Assembly: GCA_035626215.1 (NCBI GenBank)
Contig: DASPOD010000020.1
Span: 5,899-69,898 of the forward strand
Length of the DNA stretch: 64,000 nt
Direction of reading: 5' to 3'
Origin: Thermoplasmata archaeon
GTDB taxonomy: Archaea; Thermoplasmatota; Thermoplasmata; Lutacidiplasmatales; UBA184
How positions within the stretch are numbered: position 1 is the stretch's first letter; each line of letters opens with the position of its first letter. This document shows positions 43,447 to 52,108 of this stretch, one piece after another. A program made the translations under genes and the position numbers. The notes under the pieces were generated by a model. It was not told where the DNA came from. It did not search any database and saw nothing but the letters and a program-made list of their open reading frames with translations.

Positions 43447-45039
43447 CTACTCGCGAACGGGGATGGTCGGCACCGGCAGGTGGTCCGGGGAGCGGTTCGG
43501 GTCGACGATTGCCCGGGCCGGATGGCCCGGGGGACTCGTGAGCCCGTGCATCTTCGCGATCAGGTCGAGGAAGCCGACGAAGCCCCGGAACGCGCCGCGG
43601 TAGAGCCGGGTGTGGTTCCCCTCCCAGTCGAAGAAGTCGTCCATCATCGACTTCGACTGGCGCAGCCCGTGCGTGAGGGCGCGCTTCAGGAGCTCCTGCT
43701 GAAGCGGGCCCAGCCGGTCCCGGCGGAACCAGTCCCGCGTCTTGAGATGCCCGAGCGGGACGAAGAACATCGGCACGAGAAGCGCCTTGAAGTCCCAGAG
43801 GTCGTCGATGAGGTCGAGCGTCCTCTGAACGTCGTCCTCCGTCTCCTGGGGAAGCCCGACGATGAACGTGCACGCCGGATAGACGTGGTTGTCGTTCATC
43901 AGCCCCGCCGACTGGACGACCAACTCGGGCCACTGGGACGCTTTGAACGGTGCGACCTTGCCCGGCATCGCCGCCGTGATCATCCGGGGCGAACCGGTCT
44001 CGACACCGACCTCCACACCCCACCACTTCTGCTTCTCGTCGAGAAGGACCTCGGCGCACTTCGAGAGGAGCTTCGGCTTCGTCATCAGGGAGGCGACGGC
44101 CACGTGGCTCCACCCGACCTGCTCGTAGTAGCGCTTGGCGAGCTTGAGGAGCGGGATCAGCTTCTCCTCGTGGGGCATGATGTTCGGACTGCCGTAGAAG
44201 TAGACGTCATCGGAGTGGAGGATTCCCTTACGCACCCCGATCTGGGCGTTGACCTTGAGCTCCTCCTCGATCTTCTCGAGCGGGTACCAGCGGGTCGGGC
44301 GCGTGGTGACCGAGCAGAACGAGCAGCCGCGGCAGCAACCCCGTCCGAGCTCCACCAGGCCGTTCACGCTCGGATAGTGGATGGACGAAATCTGCTCGAC
44401 CTTCGGGGCCTCCTTCGGAGTGAGCACTACGTGAGGCGGTAGGAACTCGTCGCGCAGGGCCTTCCCCACGATCTCCCGAACGAAGAGGTCCGCTTCCCCT
44501 TCGACGACGGTGTCGATGCCGCCGATGGAATCGACGAATTCCTGGATCCAAGGAAGCTTCATCCGAGTCGCCGGGGAGAGCTGCCACGCGCACGGACCCC
44601 CCGCGATGATCTTGAGACCGCGTTTCCGGGCCTCGACGACGGCGGGCTGAGTCAGCATCCGCTTGAAATTGACGCAGTTGAGCGTCTCCTTACGCATCAC
44701 CCCACCAAACGTCGAACTGGGAGGGTTGAGGCCGAAGTAGTCGTGGCCCGAGATGAGAAGCACCTTCGCCTCCCCGGGCATGTATCGGTCCAGGTAGCTC
44801 GGGTGAACGATTCGGGCGTCGAAGCCCCCGTCGATCAAGGACGCTTCGATTTTCCGCATCCCATAGGGCGCCTGACGGGGGTACCCGTGTTCATCGACGG
44901 GCATCTCGGGAAAGAAGAGGCGCTTGTAGGCGCTCTCGGGAAGCACGTACGCCGGGGTGGTCGTTCCGAATCCGAGGAACTCCTTCCCGTGGTGGTTGCT
45001 CATCATCGTCCAGTCGCAGGTGATGACGACTTCCGGCAT
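43447..45039 (-). CDS. Radical SAM enzyme with N-terminal B12-binding-like domain
   Basis: 530 aa. LGRGCCRGCSFCS contains the Cx3Cx2C motif. The N-terminal ~200 aa are Rossmann-like (KVLLISGHDYFG). GGAGGTCC lies 5-12 nt upstream of the ATG. Confidence 0.85.
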   Translation of the reverse strand: MPEVVITCDWTMMSNHHGKEFLGFGTTTPAYVLPESAYKRLFFPEMPVDEHGYPRQAPYGMRKIEASLIDGGFDARIVHPSYLDRYMPGEAKVLLISGHDYFGLNPPSSTFGGVMRKETLNCVNFKRMLTQPAVVEARKRGLKIIAGGPCAWQLSPATRMKLPWIQEFVDSIGGIDTVVEGEADLFVREIVGKALRDEFLPPHVVLTPKEAPKVEQISSIHYPSVNGLVELGRGCCRGCSFCSVTTRPTRWYPLEKIEEELKVNAQIGVRKGILHSDDVYFYGSPNIMPHEEKLIPLLKLAKRYYEQVGWSHVAVASLMTKPKLLSKCAEVLLDEKQKWWGVEVGVETGSPRMITAAMPGKVAPFKASQWPELVVQSAGLMNDNHVYPACTFIVGLPQETEDDVQRTLDLIDDLWDFKALLVPMFFVPLGHLKTRDWFRRDRLGPLQQELLKRALTHGLRQSKSMMDDFFDWEGNHTRLYRGAFRGFVGFLDLIAKMHGLTSPPGHPARAIVDPNRSPDHLPVPTIPVRE

Positions 45040-45163
45040 TCAGGACCTCCTCCCAGGGGGTAGGACGGGTCCTATCCACGAATAACCCCTTCTTATGCGT
45101 ATCGACGCGCCCGGAGCGACATCCCGACGCGCCCTCCGATACGGTCCGAGCTGTCCGGAACCG

Positions 45164-45442
45164 CTAGTTCAGGTCCGCCTCATCATCGTCCCGCGGGACG
45201 ATGTCATCGAGGGGGTCGCTGGCTTCCTCGTTCGATTCCTCGACGTCGCTCGACTCTCGGAACGCGGGGTCACGCTGCATCAGGTGGACCCGCACACAGT
45301 CGCGGTGCGCCGGATTACCGTTCCATGAGCTCGTCTCGTTCGGGTCGCCGAGGGGCTCCTTACAGAGCCAGCAGACCTCGGGCGGGGGGCTGATCCAAGC
45401 GATACGTCGGGGGGGAGAGTCCATCGGACCTGCCGCGCCCAT
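45164..45442 (-). CDS. Small hypothetical protein with Cys/His cluster and very acidic C-terminal tail
   Basis: 92 aa (or from Met7). CWLC...HRDC, then ESSDVEESNEEASDPLDDIVPRDDDEADLN. The codon third positions are G+C-rich, as in neighbouring genes. Confidence 0.4.
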   Translation of the reverse strand: MGAAGPMDSPPRRIAWISPPPEVCWLCKEPLGDPNETSSWNGNPAHRDCVRVHLMQRDPAFRESSDVEESNEEASDPLDDIVPRDDDEADLN

Positions 45443-45498
45443 GGCCCCGGGAGGTCATCTACCTTTCCGGAACCGCCTGTTCGGGGCCTCGGCAAAGG

Positions 45499-45507
45499 CC
45501 CTTAATC
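45499..45507 (+). promoter_or_regulatory. TATA-like box CCCTTAATC
   Basis: Centre lies about 25 nt upstream of the GTG start at 45528. Confidence 0.35.
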
Positions 45508-45527
45508 TTCGCCCCCGTCGACCCTCC

Positions 45528-46106
45528 GTGGACACGCTCACGGAGATCCGCCGCCGCCGCGTCGCCCTCGGCGTGTCGCTCGGGGAGCTCGCCCGCGCGA
45601 TCGGGCGGAGCGATGCCACTCTTTCGCGGATCGAGAGGGGCCAGATCCGACCCTCGTACGAGCTCGTCCAGCGGATTCTGGCCTATCTCGAGACCCAGGA
45701 GGGTCTCACCGCTCCCCGCCTCACCGTCGGGGAGCTGATGCACCGACCGCTCGTCACGGTGGATTCGAGGGCCGCGCTCGCTACCGCTGCCCAACGAATG
45801 GAAGGCGGGGCGTATTCCCAGCTTCCGGTCGTCGACGACGGGCGGGTGGTCGGCTCACTCTCCGAATCGGCGCTCCTGCGAGCCCTCGCCCAGACCAACG
45901 CTGTGCGGGTGAGGGTCCGGGACGTCCTCGAGCCTCCGTATCCCGTCCTCGACGAGGGATTCCCGGCGGAGCTCCTGCCCCCGCTCTTCGGTCGGTATCC
46001 CGCGATTCTCGTCACTCGGCACGGTCAGCTCGAAGGGATCGTTACCAAGGCGGACCTCATCCGGGGACTTCGGGGAACATCGCTCCGGCGCAGCACCACG
46101 GGCTAG
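45528..46106 (+). CDS. XRE-type HTH regulator fused to a CBS-domain pair
   Basis: GTG at 45528. RRRRVALGVSLGELARAIGRSDATLSRIERGQ is the HTH. CBS-like LMHRPLVTVDS...YSQLPVVDDGRVVGSLSE and AILVTRHGQLEGIVTKADL follow. Confidence 0.8.
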   Translation: MDTLTEIRRRRVALGVSLGELARAIGRSDATLSRIERGQIRPSYELVQRILAYLETQEGLTAPRLTVGELMHRPLVTVDSRAALATAAQRMEGGAYSQLPVVDDGRVVGSLSESALLRALAQTNAVRVRVRDVLEPPYPVLDEGFPAELLPPLFGRYPAILVTRHGQLEGIVTKADLIRGLRGTSLRRSTTG

Positions 46107-47059
46107 CGCTCGGCGTTCGCGATCCGAACCGCTCCGAGGGTCGCCCGGGCCAAGAGCTGCGCCGCGAGCGATCCGAGATAGTCGGCGGTCTCACCGGGCC
46201 TTCCCTCCCGGGGGGCCGGACCCGCGTTGCCGGTGGACGCGCCGAACAGAACGTCCCCGTCGGTCGCGCTGTGGAACGGAGTGACCACCGAACCGAGACC
46301 GGCGTGCGACATGGCGACGACCCGAGCGAGCGCCGGACGTTCGATTGCGAGGTCGGTCACCACCAGCCCGAGCACGGTGCTCGCGGGAGTCCGGGTGTGC
46401 GCCATCGCCGGTTCGGGGGCCACGACCCGGCCCTGCTCGTCCCGGGCTCCGGCCACGAAGCGACCCGTGCTCGGGTCGCGAATCGCCCCGAAGGAGTTCA
46501 CCACCACAAGCACGCCGACCGAGCCCCGACGGCCCAGCCGGGCCGCCGCCGTCCCGACCCCGCCGTGCATCGCTCGTTGCCGCCCCAAGTATTTCCCGAC
46601 CGTCGCTCCGGCACCCGCCCCGACCCGCCCGACGGGGATGTCGTCCCGGACCGCCCGGCGAGCCGCTTCGTAGCCTAAGGGAAGATAGTCGGGAATCGTG
46701 GTGGACGCCCGAGGGAGGTCGAAGAGCGCCGCCCCCGAAACTGGCGCGACCATGTTCGGGTTGCGGAACACCCGGTGCCCTCGACCCAGCTCGAGGACCC
46801 GAAGGCGGACGCCGCGTGCGGCATCCAGGCCGAAGAGACTTCCCCCCGAAAAGAACAGGGCCCAGCGGCGGCCGAACGTGGCGTCGAGCGACAGGGAGGC
46901 GATGTCGTAGGTCGCCGAAGCGCCGCCCCGGACCTCAACCACGGTCGGGGTGGCTGCATCGAAGAGCACCGCAGTCACGCCGCTCGAGCCTTCCGGATTC
47001 TCCGCGTGGCCGACGCAGAGGCCCCCGACCTCAGTGAGGTCGACGTGCCGTTCGGTCAC
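46103..47059 (-). CDS. P1/S58-family peptidase (DmpA/BapA-like aminopeptidase)
   Basis: GLCVGHAENPEGSSGVTAVLF, GVLVVVNSFG and TPFHSATDGDVLFGAST. Confidence 0.85.
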   Translation of the reverse strand: MTERHVDLTEVGGLCVGHAENPEGSSGVTAVLFDAATPTVVEVRGGASATYDIASLSLDATFGRRWALFFSGGSLFGLDAARGVRLRVLELGRGHRVFRNPNMVAPVSGAALFDLPRASTTIPDYLPLGYEAARRAVRDDIPVGRVGAGAGATVGKYLGRQRAMHGGVGTAAARLGRRGSVGVLVVVNSFGAIRDPSTGRFVAGARDEQGRVVAPEPAMAHTRTPASTVLGLVVTDLAIERPALARVVAMSHAGLGSVVTPFHSATDGDVLFGASTGNAGPAPREGRPGETADYLGSLAAQLLARATLGAVRIANAER

Positions 47060-47145
47060 GGCCAGGGGATGAGCTCCGCGGAAAAAGCGATTCCGACGAT
47101 TCGCGCGATGGACTCTTGTAGGGGGCGGGAGTCAGCGCTAGCCCG

Positions 47146-47727
47146 ATGGCCCCGGCTCGAACGCGCTCCGCTGCTGAGCCCGCGGCGCCCAAGGGATTCC
47201 GAGTCTCCCGCGACCTTCCCCCGGGGCGGCACCCGCTCCTCGCCGCGTTCCCCGGCCTCGACCAGCTCGCGACCGCGGAGAGGCTGCAGCCGGACGCGAC
47301 CGCCCGGTTGAAGCTGTTCGATGGGACCTGCGTCCAAGTGGTCGACGAGGACCTTTGGATGTACGTGGCCCCATGGGACATGCCCACGGGAGCACGCCGC
47401 CGCTGGAACCCGGTGGTTTCGCCGGGCTCCGACTGCATCGTCATCGGGCGCGGCCACCTGGCCGAAAGCCCGACGATGATGTTGTTCATGGACATCTTCC
47501 ACGAGCTCTGCCACGTGATCCAGCGGCACGGAGGGGCGGAGCTGTGGCCGCCGGGCGTGAGTTACGTGGGTCGATGGACTGAGGTAGAAGCGTACCGCTT
47601 CGTCGTCCAGGAGGCCCGCCGCCTCGGCGCGTCGGACGCGTATCTCCGGGACTACCTGCGCGTCGAGTGGATCTCCGAGGACGAGCACCGCCAACTTCTC
47701 GAGAGCCTCGAAGTCCCTCCCGCTTAG
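47146..47727 (+). CDS. Hypothetical protein with HExxH zinc-metallopeptidase-like motif
   Basis: 193 aa. MMLFMDIFHELCHVIQRHGG contains HELCH. The composition is diverse (W/Y/M/F/D/E), unlike the R/G-rich opposite-strand ORF 47056-47811. Confidence 0.5.
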   Translation: MAPARTRSAAEPAAPKGFRVSRDLPPGRHPLLAAFPGLDQLATAERLQPDATARLKLFDGTCVQVVDEDLWMYVAPWDMPTGARRRWNPVVSPGSDCIVIGRGHLAESPTMMLFMDIFHELCHVIQRHGGAELWPPGVSYVGRWTEVEAYRFVVQEARRLGASDAYLRDYLRVEWISEDEHRQLLESLEVPPA

Positions 47728-47856
47728 CTCTCGACGGGTCGCCGAGTTGAGGCGACCGGACCGGCCGAGCCAGCCTCGACCCACTGCGTGACGAACCGAC
47801 TCTTTATCCACCCCGACCCCGAATCGAACGGTTCACTGGGGGCACGACTCACGTCA

Positions 47857-49266
47857 ATGGACATCAAGGTCCGTCCCGTGCTCCGGCCATCGACCAACGA
47901 CCTCTGGTTCCTCTCGTACCTTCCGCTGGCCGTCTCGGACGGTATCGCGACGCCGCTCATTCCCCTCCTCGCGCTGCAGCATTTCGGCGCCAGCGCGTTC
48001 GTCGTCACGATCATCATCGCCGCGAGCGCGATGAGCCAAGTCCCGTTCACCATCCTCTGGGGGAACCTCTCCGACCGAGTTGCGCACCGCAAGTACTTCC
48101 TCGTGGGCTCGTTCCTCGCGACCGGGGTCAGCATCGTTCTCATCGCGCTCGCGACCAATCTGATCACATTCTTCTGGCTCAACGTCGTCGAGGGGCTGGC
48201 TTCGGCCGCGAGCGCCCCGATCGGGACGATGCTCCTGCTCGAGACGCGGCACAAACGCTGGTGGCCCCAGGACATCGGACTGTTCGGTCTGATCTCGGGC
48301 CTCGGCACGACGGCCGGCCTCGCGATCGGGTTTGTGTGGCTGTTCGTGATCGGTTACTCGCAGCCGGCGATCGAGGCCATGACCGCGCTCCTCCTCGTGT
48401 CCGGAGCGCTCGCGTTGGTCTCCGCGGTGATCGCCTGGGCGTGGATCGAGGAACCGGCGGCGCGGGTCGAACGGAAGACCGTCTCGGGTCTGCTCAACTT
48501 CAACCGTGGGGTGGGCGAGCGGATCCGCCACGTGCGGGCGCGATTCCTCGGCCTCGTCGACCTGACCCGCTCCACGGCGGAACGTCTGCCGGGTCGCGAG
48601 TATCTCTTCCTCGCCGCTCTCGGGGTGATGAGCGTCGGGTTCGACATCTTCTACGGTCCGTTCCCGGTGTTCCTCTGGCAGAATGCCCGTTTCTCGGATG
48701 CCGGGGTTTTCATCGTCTACCTCGGCTCGTCGGCCGCGTCCACCGCGTTGTTCTTTCACTCGGGCAAGGCGGTCGACGCCCACTCACCGAAGACGGTGTT
48801 CCTGCAGTCCCTCGGGGGCCGTGTCCTCCTGATGCTCCTGTTTCTGTGGGGACCGCTCTACGTCCTGTTCGGCCTTGGGTCGCCCGCCCTCCTCGCTTGG
48901 CTCACGCTCTTGAATGCGCTGATGGGGGTCACCTGGGCGTTCATCAGCACCGCAAGCACCTTGTTCCTCGTGCGACTGGTGGGACGGTCCGCTCGGGGCC
49001 GGGCGCTGGGGCTCTACAACGCAATTGCGGGCGCCGGAAGCCTCATCGGGACGCTCCTCGGGGGCTGGCTCTACGCGTCCTTCGGTGTCCACCTCGCCTA
49101 CTCCATCGCGTCGGTCACCGTGGTGGCCGGCGGCGCGCTCCTCCTGCCGATCCCCTACCATCTCTTCCAGCTCTCGCACGCGAGCACGCGGCACCGTCAC
49201 CGGTTCGCGCGCAGCGCCCGCGCCACGACCGCCCCGGCGTCGCGTCCGGGCGGGGTCCGGCGATAG
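47857..49266 (+). CDS. MFS transporter
   Basis: In-frame ATG at 47857. About 12 TM segments. GNLSDRVAHRKYF is an MFS loop 2-3 motif. Confidence 0.85.
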   Translation: MDIKVRPVLRPSTNDLWFLSYLPLAVSDGIATPLIPLLALQHFGASAFVVTIIIAASAMSQVPFTILWGNLSDRVAHRKYFLVGSFLATGVSIVLIALATNLITFFWLNVVEGLASAASAPIGTMLLLETRHKRWWPQDIGLFGLISGLGTTAGLAIGFVWLFVIGYSQPAIEAMTALLLVSGALALVSAVIAWAWIEEPAARVERKTVSGLLNFNRGVGERIRHVRARFLGLVDLTRSTAERLPGREYLFLAALGVMSVGFDIFYGPFPVFLWQNARFSDAGVFIVYLGSSAASTALFFHSGKAVDAHSPKTVFLQSLGGRVLLMLLFLWGPLYVLFGLGSPALLAWLTLLNALMGVTWAFISTASTLFLVRLVGRSARGRALGLYNAIAGAGSLIGTLLGGWLYASFGVHLAYSIASVTVVAGGALLLPIPYHLFQLSHASTRHRHRFARSARATTAPASRPGGVRR

Positions 49267-49273
49267 CGAGGCC

Positions 49274-49795
49274 TCAGCCGAACATCTCCCACGTGAGCGT
49301 TCGGATGACGTATCCCAGCGCGAGGTGAGCGAGGAACACCTCGAGCGCCGGAGGGTACTGGTCGATCACGCAGGAACGGAATCCGAGCTGACCGACTCCG
49401 ACCGGTTCGGCCCCGCGCAACACGGCGAATCGGCCGGTGAGCCGCTCGTTGATCGTGTACTCGACGCCCGCGTAGACGATCGTCATCGGGCCAAACGTGG
49501 TCGACCGCGTCTTCCACAGGTCTTCGCCCACTTGGATCCGGATCTCATCCGCTTTCGCGCGATAGGAGACGATCGACCGACCATCGGTCGCCGGACGGGG
49601 CCGGTCGAGCACGTACTCGGTCGAGAACAGCGCGGCGAGCTTCGGCCCTAGGCCGGGAGCTTCGGACTCAATCGGACGGCCGGTCCACGTCTCGACTCCG
49701 ACCTCGACCTCAATCACGTTCTTGAGAACGCGCGCCGTCGCCCGAATCATCCGCCGCTCGACGGAGTACCGGGCATCAGGTAATAATGGCGCCAC
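49274..49795 (-). CDS. Hypothetical protein (173 aa)
   Basis: Non-repetitive, balanced composition. I recognise no domain. GTG start; Met16 is an alternative. Confidence 0.5.
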   Translation of the reverse strand: MAPLLPDARYSVERRMIRATARVLKNVIEVEVGVETWTGRPIESEAPGLGPKLAALFSTEYVLDRPRPATDGRSIVSYRAKADEIRIQVGEDLWKTRSTTFGPMTIVYAGVEYTINERLTGRFAVLRGAEPVGVGQLGFRSCVIDQYPPALEVFLAHLALGYVIRTLTWEMFG

Positions 49796-49856
49796 CGGTC
49801 GGCGGGGCGTGACGCTCCTAGGTCCTTGTCCGCCCCGCCTCGACCGGGAGTTTGGG

Positions 49857-51119
49857 ATGGAGTTCTACGGAACTTCCACCCCCGGGGTCGCCGGGCGAGT
49901 GAAGTCGTCGCCCGAGGGATTCCGCGTCTCGGAAATCTCGAACTATCCGATGCCGGACCCCGAGGGCGCGTACACGGTCCTTAGGGTCGAGAGCCGCGAC
50001 TGGGAACAGCACGAGCTGGGACAGGCGATCGCCCGCCGACTCGCTCTCCCGGCCGCCTCGGTGCAGTGGGCCGGCACGAAGGACCGGCGCGCGGTGGCCG
50101 ACCGCCTGTTGTCCTACCGGGGGCCCCCCCCCGCGACCGACTTGGGCCTTCCCCGCGTCACGGTGCGCGAAGCCTACACCGCGCGCGACGGGTTGGTGCT
50201 CGGTCGACACTTCGGCAACGCGTTCGAGATTCGAGTCGACGAACTTCCGGTGCCGGTCCCGGAGGCGCTCGCCCGGTTTCGCGCGACGGAGGACGAGCTT
50301 CGGGCGCTCGGACGGTGGCCGAATTTCTTCGGGCCCCAGCGGTTCGGCGAAGTGCGCCCGGTGACCCACGAGGTCGGCCGTTGGCTCGTACGGGGGGACC
50401 TCGCGGGGGCGGTCGAAACGTACCTCGTCGCGCGCTCGCGCGGAACCCCCGACCGTCCCGGGGATGCCGCCCGGGCGACGTACGGCGAGACCCACGATGC
50501 GCCCCGCGCGCTTCGGGAGTTCCCGACGCAATACCGATTCGAGCGGTCGATCCTCGAGAGGCTTGCGAAGGGAGACCCTCCCGAGCGGGCGTTCCGGGCC
50601 CTCGGCCGGGAGCTTCGCCTATTGTTCGTCCACGCGTACCAGGCGCTCTTGTTCAACCGGTGGCTCAGTCGTCGCGTCGCCACGGGGCTGCCGGTCGACC
50701 GGCCCGTGCCCGGGGACCATCTGTTGCGCATCGGACGTGACGGAACGGTGCGGAGCCAGGAGGGAATCCCCGTGACCGACGACAATCTCACCGAGTGCAC
50801 CGACCTCGTGGCGCGGGGTGGGGCGTGGGTCGCCGGTCCGCTGGTCGGTTACGAGACCCCGGACCCTGGAGGCCCGGTCGGCGAACTGCTTGCTGCGTTG
50901 CTCGACGAGGAAGGGGTGCGGCGAGAGATGTTCCGCGTCCCGGCTTGTCCGGACGTCGCGAGCAAGGGGGCTTGGCGGCCGGCGGTTCTACCGATTCCTC
51001 CGGTCGGACTCACCCCGGCGGAACCCGACGGGGTCTGGTTCCGATTTGCCCTGCCGAAAGGCGCGTACGCGACCGTCTTCCTCCGAGAGTTTCTGAAAAG
51101 TGGCTCAGAGTCGGCGTAA
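49857..51119 (+). CDS. truD: tRNA pseudouridine synthase TruD/Pus7 family
   Basis: PEGFRVSEI, WAGTKDRRAV (catalytic Asp) and NFFGPQRFG. An upstream GTG at 49809 is an alternative start. Confidence 0.9.
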   Translation: MEFYGTSTPGVAGRVKSSPEGFRVSEISNYPMPDPEGAYTVLRVESRDWEQHELGQAIARRLALPAASVQWAGTKDRRAVADRLLSYRGPPPATDLGLPRVTVREAYTARDGLVLGRHFGNAFEIRVDELPVPVPEALARFRATEDELRALGRWPNFFGPQRFGEVRPVTHEVGRWLVRGDLAGAVETYLVARSRGTPDRPGDAARATYGETHDAPRALREFPTQYRFERSILERLAKGDPPERAFRALGRELRLLFVHAYQALLFNRWLSRRVATGLPVDRPVPGDHLLRIGRDGTVRSQEGIPVTDDNLTECTDLVARGGAWVAGPLVGYETPDPGGPVGELLAALLDEEGVRREMFRVPACPDVASKGAWRPAVLPIPPVGLTPAEPDGVWFRFALPKGAYATVFLREFLKSGSESA

Positions 51120-51187
51120 GGCCGCTCCTCCAGACGAGGCTACTAATAGTCGACGGCCGGCTCCGACCGCCGACGACGGTAGTCGAC

Positions 51188-52108
51188 ATGCCCGGCGAAT
51201 CCCCCCGACCGTTCCTCGTTCCGTTGCGTACTCCCGGGCCCTCGCCGCTGCCCGACCTTCCGGAAGGGTCGACGCGGGTTCCGACCGGGGTCCCGGACTT
51301 CGATTACTTGACGGGCGGGATTCCCGTGGGGTCGGTGATCCTCCTGTTTGGGGAGGCGGGCGCCGGCCACCAGGAGTTCTCCCTCACCTCCGCGGTGCAT
51401 CTCATGCTCCACTACGACGACCCCACGCTCCACCAGTTCTACCTCGGGAACGCCAAGGGTCCGTTCGTCTACCCTCGGGGAATCGCGTACGTCAGCACGA
51501 GCCGCTCCCGCGAGCAGGTGATCACGGAGCTTCACGGAGCGTTCGACGCGACGTACGCGGAAGTGCTCTCCCGGCACATCAACTTCCACGACCTGTCGCC
51601 CGCCTACTTCCAGGACACGGTCGTTCCGTCGTCCTGGGCCTCGTTGTCGAGTCCCCTCCTCTCGGGCGCCCCCGTGAGCGCGGCCCCGGACGACGGGGGG
51701 CCGCTGAGGACCCTGGCCGACGCGGTCGACCAGGACGGCCGGCAGAACCTGGTGATCGTCGACTCGCTCACCGACCTTCTCGTGCGGCGCGGGGTCGACG
51801 CCAACGATATCGTGACCCTCCTGAAGGGGCTGCGCCGGCGCGCGAAGGTGTGGGACGGGGTGGTCTATCTCCTTCTCTCGAAGGGCGTCGCGCCCGAGGC
51901 GGTGGAGCAGGCCGTGATCGACTCGGTCGACGGGGTCCTCCACTTCAGCTGGGTCGCGAGCCCCAGCCAGTCGCACCGTCAGCGCGCGATGGTCATCGAG
52001 AAGTTCATGCCGATTCTCGCGCGACTCCCCGTGGAGTACCAGGGCCGGTTCATGATCCGCGTGAACGCCGCGAGCGGGCTGGTGACGACGCAATATGAGC
52101 GGGTCTGA
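51188..52108 (+). CDS. KaiC/RecA-superfamily protein with degenerate Walker A (probable pseudo-ATPase)
   Basis: In-frame ATG at 51188. VPTGVPDFDYLTGGIPVGSVILLFGEAGAGHQEF aligns with the KaiC-like N-terminus, but His-Gln replaces the GK[ST]. LVIVDSLTDLL is Walker-B-like. Confidence 0.7.
   Translation: MPGESPRPFLVPLRTPGPSPLPDLPEGSTRVPTGVPDFDYLTGGIPVGSVILLFGEAGAGHQEFSLTSAVHLMLHYDDPTLHQFYLGNAKGPFVYPRGIAYVSTSRSREQVITELHGAFDATYAEVLSRHINFHDLSPAYFQDTVVPSSWASLSSPLLSGAPVSAAPDDGGPLRTLADAVDQDGRQNLVIVDSLTDLLVRRGVDANDIVTLLKGLRRRAKVWDGVVYLLLSKGVAPEAVEQAVIDSVDGVLHFSWVASPSQSHRQRAMVIEKFMPILARLPVEYQGRFMIRVNAASGLVTTQYERV

Noticed and set aside
47056-47811. 251-aa minus-strand ORF competing with the HExxH gene.
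   Set aside because: Arg/Gly/Ala-rich composition with no motif. The plus-strand ORF has balanced composition, G+C-rich third positions and an HExxH motif.
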